A stretch of 64,000 nt of DNA from an uncultured Bacteroidota bacterium (GTDB taxonomy: Bacteria > Bacteroidota > Rhodothermia > Rhodothermales > DATKEJ01): assembly GCA_963768715.1 (NCBI GenBank), contig CAVYJC010000007.1, positions 79,466-143,465 on the forward strand, written 5' to 3'. The translations under genes were made by a program, and so were the position numbers. Positions 43,499 through 50,833 of this stretch are shown here, piece by piece; the stretch's first letter is position 1; every line of letters begins with the position of its first letter. The notes below the pieces were generated by a model. That model had not been told where the DNA came from. It saw only the letters and a list, made by a program, of their open reading frames with translations, and ran no database searches.

Positions 43499-43527
43499 AC
43501 CTGACAGGTTTTCAAAACCTGTCAGGT
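43499..43527. repeat. ACCTGWCAGGT element, cluster A (two 11-mers, 7-nt spacer TTTCAAA)
   Basis: ACCTGACAGGT lies at 43499-43509 and ACCTGTCAGGT at 43517-43527. With flanks it forms a 14-bp-stem hairpin, 43497-43529. Confidence 0.9.
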
Positions 43528-43686
43528 CTAGTTAGGTCATTCACACACTTCAGACAACCGTTCGTGGATCAATTGCCACGGTTCAACGGAAACTCAAATC
43601 TCTTCGAATGGCCTCCCGTAATGGAATGAAAGGTCGAGTCAAGAGAACCCGGCTAACTCACGAACTAACCACTTCTCGAGCACGTC

Positions 43687-44166
43687 ATGACTAAATCAGT
43701 TGTAACTGGGGCGCTGGCGCTGTCTTGCGTTTTGTTCTTGTCTGCGACCGTAAAGGCCCAGAATCAGACAAACTGGCAGCTGTTCAGCAAGGGCCTCATT
43801 CAAGCGGTCGATTCCGACAATTACGGAGCGAAACTGGGCGCCATCCAGCAGATTGCAATCTACGGATCAAACCTTCACGTGAACCCGGCGGTTTTTGATG
43901 TCGTCCGCGTTTATCGCAACTCGAAGAATGAGAACGAGCGGATACTCGCACTGAGTGCATTGGCCAAGATGCGCAATGCCTGGGCGATGGACTTCCTCGC
44001 TCGAAGCGTGCCGTTCGAGAAATCGGCGCGCGTCCGGCGGCATACGATCGACGTCGTGAATGCCTACCGGCTCGGAAAGAATCTGCCGGTGGGGGTGACC
44101 GCATGGGAATCTCACTTGGTTCCACCAAGTCCAGCGAAAGTTGACGAGCTCCTCGCCTTGAAGTAG
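43687..44166 (+). CDS. Secreted HEAT/PBS-lyase-like repeat protein
   Basis: Signal MTKSVVTGALALSCVLFLSATVKAQ. The repeats GAKLGAIQQIAIYG / ERILALSALAKMRN / ARVRRHTIDVV look HEAT-like. This is a weak call. Confidence 0.5.
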   Translation: MTKSVVTGALALSCVLFLSATVKAQNQTNWQLFSKGLIQAVDSDNYGAKLGAIQQIAIYGSNLHVNPAVFDVVRVYRNSKNENERILALSALAKMRNAWAMDFLARSVPFEKSARVRRHTIDVVNAYRLGKNLPVGVTAWESHLVPPSPAKVDELLALK

Positions 44167-44245
44167 ACGATCTGCGTTGGTGCAGGTCAGGTGACGCGAG
44201 GGCGGCAGCCGGGAAACCGGGGCCGCCCTTGTCGTTTGTTGAAAA

Positions 44246-44274
44246 ACCTGACAGGTTTTCAAAACCCGTCAGGT
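44246..44274. repeat. ACCTGWCAGGT element, cluster B (two 11-mers, spacer TTTCAAA, one mismatch)
   Basis: ACCTGACAGGT lies at 44246-44256 and ACCCGTCAGGT at 44264-44274. Confidence 0.9.
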
Positions 44275-44354
44275 TTGCCAAGTTGTGGCTTCCGGACGTA
44301 ACGTGTCGCCGCCAGTCGTAACAAACGCGGCGCCGGTTGGTCGTCGCCAATGCG

Positions 44355-45923
44355 ATGGAATCTGAATCCGCCCAAACTGACGGCACGAACGAGACGGGAA
44401 ACCAGACGATCGTCATCGATCATCTCTTCGGGTTCCATCGCGGATCCCGGCAGCTCGTGGCCGGAGACCGGATCACTATCGGATCGTCATCAAACGCTAC
44501 GATCCACTTCCCGGCCGCCCATGAGCCGGCCGTCGCACCCCACCACGCTGCGATTGTCCGCCACGACGGCGTCTGCGAGCTCATAGTCGCGGACGGCGAG
44601 CATGCCCAAGTCAACGGAATCGAGACGACTCGGCACCTCCTGAGTTCTGGCGACGTCATCGTCGTCGGTGCGCACGGCCCGGTGCTGAGATTCCGCGTGT
44701 ATGATGGTATCCGAAATAAATACAAGACTATACCTGAAGCCATTGCCGATTGTCGGGACAGTGCAAGGCATCAGAAGAACTCCGTTGTCGGACGAGCAAT
44801 CGCCTTCATCAGGGCGATGCCTCATGAGATGCTTCGCCAGACAGCCCCGTGGACCAGAAAGATGTCCTTCGCCCTGACCACGCTGCTCGTCTTCAGTACG
44901 ATCTATCTCGTCGTTCGAAGCTTCCAATTGGCAGGGGAGCTAGACGAGCAGGCGGAGCAGGTCCTTTCGCTCATCCAAGCCAACGACGAATCGATGACCA
45001 ACGATGAGCTGCGAGTCCTCCAGAGTGAGCTGGAGTCGAAGCTCTCGACTACCCTTGAGCGTGTCGAGGCGCTCGAGGCACTGACGGCGGCAGGCAGGAA
45101 GGTCGTGGCCTCATCTGCCGAATCGGTGATGCTCCTCCAGGGTGAATACGGATTCGTCGGACCCGAAGGGCGGGAGCTCAGATTCGTTATCACCCCGGGC
45201 GGACAGCCGCTGATGGATCGCAAGGGGTATCCCGTCGTTCGCCCTGACGGCACGGGCGAACCGTACCGAAGTCAGTTTACCGGAACCGGGTTTCTGGTAA
45301 GCTCCGGAGGTCTGGTGATAACCAACCGGCACGTGGCCGCCCCGTGGGAATTCGAGCCCAGCGCCGTCGCCGTACTCAGCATGGGATACCAGCCGGTGAT
45401 GAACCGAATGATCGGATATTTCCCCAACGTCTCGAAAGCATTCGACATCAAGCTCGTCCTGGGTAGCTCTACCGAGGATCTGGCACTCCTGCGTTGCGAG
45501 GGCGACCCGAAAGACATCCCACCGCTCCAACTCGCTGACGCGTCCGTCTCCCCCGGCGACGAGGTCATCGTCCTTGGCTATCCGACCGGCATTCGGGCCC
45601 TCCTCGCTCGAACCGACCTGCACTTTGTGAATCAACTTCTCGAGGAGAGCAAGCGAGACTTCTGGTACATCGCAAGGCGTCTGTCTGAGGAGGGGCGCAT
45701 CGCACCGCTAGCCACGAGGGGAATTGTCGGCCAGGTAACCCCAACCGCCGTCGTTTACGATGCGGAAACGACACACGGAGGCAGCGGAGGACCCGTGATG
45801 TCCCTGAGCGGAGAGGTCGTGGCCATCAACACAGCGATCCTGACAGATTTCGGCGGTTCGAACCTGGGCGTCCCAGTCGACGCCGCCCGCCGCCTCCTCG
45901 ATCTGGCAACGCGGCCGGAGTGA
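44355..45923 (+). CDS. FHA domain - TM helix - coiled coil - trypsin-like (S1C/DegP-type) serine protease
   Basis: FHA region: ITIGSSSNATIHFPA...HAAIVRHDGVCELIVADGEHAQVNGIE...LSSGDVIVVG. TM helix: MSFALTTLLVFSTIYLVVRSF. The stretch ELDEQAEQVLSL...LESKLSTTLERVEALEAL is heptad-like. Protease triad contexts: TNRHVA, DLALLR and THGGSGGPV. Confidence 0.8.
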   Translation: MESESAQTDGTNETGNQTIVIDHLFGFHRGSRQLVAGDRITIGSSSNATIHFPAAHEPAVAPHHAAIVRHDGVCELIVADGEHAQVNGIETTRHLLSSGDVIVVGAHGPVLRFRVYDGIRNKYKTIPEAIADCRDSARHQKNSVVGRAIAFIRAMPHEMLRQTAPWTRKMSFALTTLLVFSTIYLVVRSFQLAGELDEQAEQVLSLIQANDESMTNDELRVLQSELESKLSTTLERVEALEALTAAGRKVVASSAESVMLLQGEYGFVGPEGRELRFVITPGGQPLMDRKGYPVVRPDGTGEPYRSQFTGTGFLVSSGGLVITNRHVAAPWEFEPSAVAVLSMGYQPVMNRMIGYFPNVSKAFDIKLVLGSSTEDLALLRCEGDPKDIPPLQLADASVSPGDEVIVLGYPTGIRALLARTDLHFVNQLLEESKRDFWYIARRLSEEGRIAPLATRGIVGQVTPTAVVYDAETTHGGSGGPVMSLSGEVVAINTAILTDFGGSNLGVPVDAARRLLDLATRPE

Positions 45924-45928
45924 AAGAA

Positions 45929-45975
45929 ACCTGACAGGTTTTGAAAACCTGTCAGGTCTTGAAGCCCTGTCTGGT
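45929..45975. repeat. ACCTGWCAGGT element, cluster C (three 11-mers at 18-nt period)
   Basis: ACCTGACAGGT lies at 45929, ACCTGTCAGGT at 45947 and the degenerate CCCTGTCTGGT (9/11) at 45965. Spacers are TTTGAAA and CTTGAAG. Confidence 0.85.
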
Positions 45976-46833
45976 TTACGGCAGCGACTTCACCCGGTCC
46001 CGGAGTCGCTCCCATTCGGCCAGATAGCGCAACAGGTGCGCACCGTTCTGGCGAGCGCCCATCTCTCGCAGCAGCCTGCGGACGTTCTCCTGCTCCTCTT
46101 CGTACTCCTCCTCATCGAAGAACCCTCCGAAGTGCGCGAACCTGAGCCAAAGGAGATATGTGGTGACCGCATCGCACTCATTGTAGGCGACGATGTCGCC
46201 GAGTTTGCCCTCAAGCCAGCGATCGGCTACCTGCTGCCCATCGATCTCGAACTTGCCAGGGATACCCGACAGGGTCGTGAATTGATTGAGCGACGGTGCG
46301 CCGCGTCCCCAACCGCTGACAATGTCCATCAGATCGACGCTGCTTTCTGAGACCCGTGAAAAATAGTCGGGGCCCTCCCAGGGCTTGTCCGGTCGCTTTG
46401 CAAACGAGCCCGCCTCGATGCCATTCACAATCGCCCGCTGGATCAGAATCTTGATGTCCGCATTCATCGAGTTGAAACCGACTAGTTGCGGCTTCTTCTG
46501 ACCGACCGCATCGAGGAACCGCGAGATAATCTCCGCTTCCGATGCATTCTCGGGATCGGTGGGATCGTGCGGCAGCGAGACAAGAGTAAGTCCGACGCTC
46601 TTGTCGTCTCGTACGCGACGCTCAATCGCGGCGATGGAGACGATGCGACACAGCACCATCTTGAGAAACGGCCTGGGCTCCTCTTCGGTGCCCCCGCCCA
46701 TCGCCCACATATGCTCCATCACGGAGCGATCATCGAGATTGTCGTCGAGACCGTAAATCAGCTTGCCGGCTGTAGGATCGGGAACCCATTCGATATCGAA
46801 AGCCCAAACAGTCGGCTGTATCGTTTTAAACAT
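45976..46833 (-). CDS. DEDDy 3'-5' exonuclease related to the PolB exonuclease domain (COG3298 / DNA_pol_B_exo2-like)
   Basis: Exo I is WAFDIEWVPD, Exo II is VGFNSMNADIKIL and Exo III is YNECDAVTTYLLW. The start overlaps the upstream ATPase gene by 8 nt. Confidence 0.75.
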   Translation of the reverse strand: MFKTIQPTVWAFDIEWVPDPTAGKLIYGLDDNLDDRSVMEHMWAMGGGTEEEPRPFLKMVLCRIVSIAAIERRVRDDKSVGLTLVSLPHDPTDPENASEAEIISRFLDAVGQKKPQLVGFNSMNADIKILIQRAIVNGIEAGSFAKRPDKPWEGPDYFSRVSESSVDLMDIVSGWGRGAPSLNQFTTLSGIPGKFEIDGQQVADRWLEGKLGDIVAYNECDAVTTYLLWLRFAHFGGFFDEEEYEEEQENVRRLLREMGARQNGAHLLRYLAEWERLRDRVKSLP

Positions 46834-49525
46834 CTTCTTTCACTGTGGAGGTATCGTTAGCAAGTTCAATGAGTTGCGCCTCCACTACGGACTGAATTTC
46901 AGCGGCCAGCCACGGATGGCAGGTAAATACAAAGACCTGCCTGCGCGCCGCCAGGTCCTTGAGAATCTGATATCCGAGCATTCTGCGCTCCTGATCCCAG
47001 TTGACGAACACCTCGTCGAGAAATGCCGGAAGCCGCTCCTGATTTTCGTCGAGATGATCCATCAGGGCGAATCGGATGGAGAGGTAGATCTGGTCCCGCG
47101 TCCCCTGACTTAGAGACTCGTCAACGGTAATGGGAAAATGCGAAGCCTGCTCGAAAACCATGAGGTCGCCCGAGTCGTCCTGCAGCATGAGACGGACGTA
47201 GCGTCCGGCGGTAATCTTCGAGAGGTATCCGCTCGCTATGCGGATTACGTCGGGCTGGTGTCGAAATCTGAACTGCTGATCGGCGCGCCGGATGACGTTC
47301 GCAAGGAGCACGAGTTCGTCGCGTCGTCTCCGCGCATCGTCCATCTTCTCGTCGATAAGCGCAATCTCGCTTTCGACGTCCGCCACGGTCCGGTGCTTCT
47401 GCAGCTGTTGCAGCTGTGCGCGCTTTCGGGCGTGGCGAATGGATTCGAAATCGATCTTCTTGAGGATCTCGTCACGCTTCGCATCCCGTTCCATGCGCGC
47501 CGCCTCAGTGTACGAATTAAGTTCGTCGTCGGAGAGCTTGTCGATGTCGCTCACATAGTCTCGCCAGGTTGGATGATCCTGATCCAGCAAACTCATGTGG
47601 TGGTCAGCCATGATCTTGGACCTCCGCATCTCTTCGAGCTTCGCGGCGCCCTCCTCCTTGTCGCCGTCCCCAAGTTTTCGCAGAACGGCCTCAATCTGAG
47701 CGATTTGATCCTGCAGCGCCTGCTGATCGGATCGAATCCGTTCGCGGTCTCTGCGGAGCTTGAAAAGCCGCTGGCGCGCGTCCTCGGATTTTTGAATCCG
47801 ATCGTCTGCCTCCTCGAGACGATTCTCGAGCGCACTGACCGTCGTAAGCACGTCGAAATCATAGGGGACATCGACGGACTTCAGCAGCTGACGCATCTCC
47901 CGACGATTTGTATCGAGCAGATTGACGATCGTCCCAGCCCGTTTCGTGCGTTCACGCCGACGCTCGAAGAGCTGGTACAGCTGCAGCAATCGTGCGACGA
48001 GATCGCGGCCCGGTGTCTTCAGCTGGTCCTCTTTGACATGCAGCGGTGCGAGGAGTCGCGCGACCTCTTCGCGGTGCTCGGAGCAGCTCTGCTCTAGTCG
48101 GTCCAAGCCTAGAATAATCCTAGACTTACGCAGTCGACGCTGTTGACTGAGTGTCATTGCAAGCCAGATCACGCCTCCTATCGCGATGGCCACACCGGCG
48201 GCAATCATGAGATTTTGGGGCTGCATGATCCCGAAGGCTGCGACGACAATGCCTGCGAGCACGATCAGAATCGGAAATATGAACTTGCGGGAGCCCAATT
48301 GCGTTGCGAGATGCTGATCGCGAGCGCGTGCCGAGGCCAGTTTCTCCTCCGCATCCTCGAGCCGGAGAACATGGCTCCTGAGCTTTTCGGCTTCCATCGT
48401 CGGGATTTGCCTGAGCAGATCCATTTTGCCTTCAGGCGTGGCCAAGCTCTCAACGATGACGTTCATCCTGTAGCGGATCTCGCAAAGCTCGATTCCCACA
48501 CCTCTCAGGTTGGCGAGGTTGGCTTCATGCGCCCCGGCCCTTCTCGACCACGCGTGAATCTCGTCAGCATGCGTGAGGATGAGGTGGTCGTGGTCCTGTG
48601 CCGCTCCGCGTTCAAGCTCCCGCTCGTCCTCTTCTTCGGCGATATCGTCGATCTGCTTGCTGTACTCTTCGTCTCGTCGATGCCACTCGTCGAGAATCGC
48701 CACGGGATTCTCGGGGATACTGGAAAAGGACTCGACATTGTCGGATGCGCTCATCAGCCCTTTGATCTTACTCCAGCGCACGGCGATTGGCCCGATCCGA
48801 TCGTGATGCCGCATTACAGCCTGGAGTTGGACCTGTTCGTCTCGAAGCAGTCGAAGCTGTTCGGCATGCTGACGAACTTCGTCATTGAGCGTTTGGAGCT
48901 CCGACTCCCGTTCTCGGGATTGCGCGAGCTTTTCGACCCACTCGTCTCGCTCCTCACGAAGACGTTTCGACAACGGCCTGCCGCGTCGATCGTCGCGCCA
49001 TAGATCATTCGCCTCACGATCGAGCTCATCCAGCACCGATCGAGCGGATCTCAGAAAATCGAGATTGAAACCGGCGAGCAGCCGATCCTGCACGTCCGCC
49101 CAAGCACGATCCTTGAGGGCCGTCATATCGTGGAGATCGAGGGCATAGATAGCGTCGAAAACGCGGTGCGAAACAAACTCCGCCGCGGGAACGGGCTTGT
49201 TTCTCAGATCCATGTCCAGATCGCTCCCGTTCTGCAACCGCCCCTGGGGCGTTCGAGTCAGTCGTCGGGTGACCGACACCGTCTGGCCCGCGCCGAGTAC
49301 GAGATCCGCCGAACCTTCCAACGACGTACCGTCTCTCGGAGCGTAGCGGTGTGATTCAGGACTGGTAGGATAGATGCCGAACAGCATCGTCTGGAGAAAC
49401 TGGAAGAAGGTCGATTTTCCAGCTTCGTTTGGTCCGAGAATGACAACGAGGGCATTATCAATGTCCCGAATTTCTCGATCACGAAAGTGACCAAACGCCA
49501 TCAGTTTGCAGTCCCGGAAATACAT
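46826..49525 (-). CDS. SMC/Rad50-like AAA ATPase of the YhaN (SbcE, COG4717) type with two central TM helices
   Basis: Walker A is GPNEAGKSTFFQF. Long coiled-coil stretches flank the central FIFPILIVLAGIVVAAFGI / MIAAGVAIAIGGVIWLAMTL. The signature is LSQGTRDQIYLSIRFAL and Walker B is PAFLDEVFVNWD. Confidence 0.8.
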   Translation of the reverse strand: MYFRDCKLMAFGHFRDREIRDIDNALVVILGPNEAGKSTFFQFLQTMLFGIYPTSPESHRYAPRDGTSLEGSADLVLGAGQTVSVTRRLTRTPQGRLQNGSDLDMDLRNKPVPAAEFVSHRVFDAIYALDLHDMTALKDRAWADVQDRLLAGFNLDFLRSARSVLDELDREANDLWRDDRRGRPLSKRLREERDEWVEKLAQSRERESELQTLNDEVRQHAEQLRLLRDEQVQLQAVMRHHDRIGPIAVRWSKIKGLMSASDNVESFSSIPENPVAILDEWHRRDEEYSKQIDDIAEEEDERELERGAAQDHDHLILTHADEIHAWSRRAGAHEANLANLRGVGIELCEIRYRMNVIVESLATPEGKMDLLRQIPTMEAEKLRSHVLRLEDAEEKLASARARDQHLATQLGSRKFIFPILIVLAGIVVAAFGIMQPQNLMIAAGVAIAIGGVIWLAMTLSQQRRLRKSRIILGLDRLEQSCSEHREEVARLLAPLHVKEDQLKTPGRDLVARLLQLYQLFERRRERTKRAGTIVNLLDTNRREMRQLLKSVDVPYDFDVLTTVSALENRLEEADDRIQKSEDARQRLFKLRRDRERIRSDQQALQDQIAQIEAVLRKLGDGDKEEGAAKLEEMRRSKIMADHHMSLLDQDHPTWRDYVSDIDKLSDDELNSYTEAARMERDAKRDEILKKIDFESIRHARKRAQLQQLQKHRTVADVESEIALIDEKMDDARRRRDELVLLANVIRRADQQFRFRHQPDVIRIASGYLSKITAGRYVRLMLQDDSGDLMVFEQASHFPITVDESLSQGTRDQIYLSIRFALMDHLDENQERLPAFLDEVFVNWDQERRMLGYQILKDLAARRQVFVFTCHPWLAAEIQSVVEAQLIELANDTSTVKEDV

Positions 49526-49669
49526 GCTCCTCAGTGATCCTCCGCAAGTAATCGGGCTGCAGCCTCGGGGGCCAGGTGGGTGACGAGCTCCCTGAGGTAC
49601 AAATCGGTGTCGCTCGGCGTCGCTTCTGCGGCAGCTACCGGGACAGGCGCCAATTCCTGGAGCAACTCG

Positions 49670-50767
49670 TCATTCTTCTGCTAGCTCGTCGATCAGTTGG
49701 AGAACCTCTCCGAGTACGTGCTGCTGGTTTCTGTACTGGTCGAGGTTGACCGGCGGCATGATGTCGCGGCATACGACGGACAAATCGAGCACGCCGAGTC
49801 GCACACGAAGATCGGCGGCCAACTCCGACACATACTCCTCTCGAATAAGTTCAGATGCCATGGGGGTCGCACCCGACAGCACGATTCGGACCATCCGCTG
49901 GTCCGTTACGGCTGATCCGGCAACTGCCGAGTTGTACGCATCGACGACCCGACGCTCGAGCGACGATGCATCTCCGATCTCACTGAGGTCGTCGACGATA
50001 ACGTCTATCCATTCGACCTTATGAAACGGCATGAAAGTCGCGTGGACCTGGTCGTTGTCGATCACCACCAAGTATCCGCCGCGCGGTCCGCCTTCTTTCG
50101 GTGTCCTGCCTTGGATATTCCCCGAGTACTGGATGCTTCGGTCATCATCGACGCGCTGTCGTTCATGGATGTGGCCGAGCGCCCAGTAAGCGTATCCCTT
50201 CTTTTTCAGATCACCGGCCGTACAAGCCGCGTATCGATCGTGCGCGTCCACCCCGGAAGCCGTCGTAACCATGGCGTGCAGAACACCGACGGTAGGGAGG
50301 CTCATGTGCGCATCAGGAAAACGATCGGTCAGGTTGCGATCTTCGCGCTCGGACTCGTGGCCGGCACCTACAATGGCGGCAATCTCCTCGCCGTCGGACC
50401 TCAAAATGATCGACTCCGGCACGGCCGAACCGAAGTAGTGAAAAGACTCCGGCAAATCCATTCTCGACAACCTGGCGTTCGAACCACCTGGATCATGATT
50501 GCCGGCAGCATAGAACGTCGATATACCCGCTCTGTCGAGCCGCTCGATTTCCTGGATCAGGAATCGCTCCGTCGCGAAACTGAGCCGGCGTCCATCGAAC
50601 AGATCTCCCGCTATCAGCACGGCATTGACCTGTTCCTCGATGGCACAGGTCACCGCCTTCTGAAACGCAGCGCGTATTGCCTCCCTTAGCTGCCTCCGAA
50701 CCTCCTCCGATCGACAAAGGAAGGTCGTGTCCAGGTGAACGTCGGCTATGTGCAGCAGCTTGATCAT
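49670..50767 (-). CDS. SbcD/Mre11-like metallophosphoesterase (YhaO/SbcF type DNA repair exonuclease)
   Basis: MIKLLHIADVHLD starts at 50767. Also contains LIAGDLFD, AAGNHD, GVLH and ALGHIH. The C-terminus may continue to 49531 in another frame (see findings). Confidence 0.8.
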   Translation of the reverse strand: MIKLLHIADVHLDTTFLCRSEEVRRQLREAIRAAFQKAVTCAIEEQVNAVLIAGDLFDGRRLSFATERFLIQEIERLDRAGISTFYAAGNHDPGGSNARLSRMDLPESFHYFGSAVPESIILRSDGEEIAAIVGAGHESEREDRNLTDRFPDAHMSLPTVGVLHAMVTTASGVDAHDRYAACTAGDLKKKGYAYWALGHIHERQRVDDDRSIQYSGNIQGRTPKEGGPRGGYLVVIDNDQVHATFMPFHKVEWIDVIVDDLSEIGDASSLERRVVDAYNSAVAGSAVTDQRMVRIVLSGATPMASELIREEYVSELAADLRVRLGVLDLSVVCRDIMPPVNLDQYRNQQHVLGEVLQLIDELAEE

Positions 50768-50833
50768 GAACCTCCTCCCGTTCGGAAGAAAGGCCAAAAC
50801 AGGTGTTTCCGCAAACAATATTGTAGCGTCACC

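Noticed and set aside
43486-43515. N-terminal extension MKTCQVSLTT of the ADH ORF, and ORF 43867..44262(-) starting MKTCQVF
   Set aside because: Both MKTCQV peptides are translations of the ACCTGWCAGGT palindromic element. The ADH homology starts at MKAVQILKIG (43485).
43497-45977. ACCTGACAGGTTTTCAAAACCTGTCAGGT hairpins as plain Rho-independent terminators
   Set aside because: This is only partly rejected. The stems are strong, but none is followed by a T-tract. Cluster A sits in a divergent promoter region 13 nt upstream of a start codon, where a terminator makes little sense. Cluster C has a third 11-mer in direct-repeat register. It is kept as an open finding instead.
45976-50767. Calling the SbcD-like/ATPase/exonuclease operon a known defence system (Lamassu, Wadjet, Gabija, OLD-family and so on)
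   Set aside because: The domain composition does not match what I remember of those systems. There is no JetABCD set, no LmuA/LmuC-like effector, and no Toprim/OLD or GajB helicase. The closest known analogue is the yhaO-yhaN repair module, so a defence call would be speculation.
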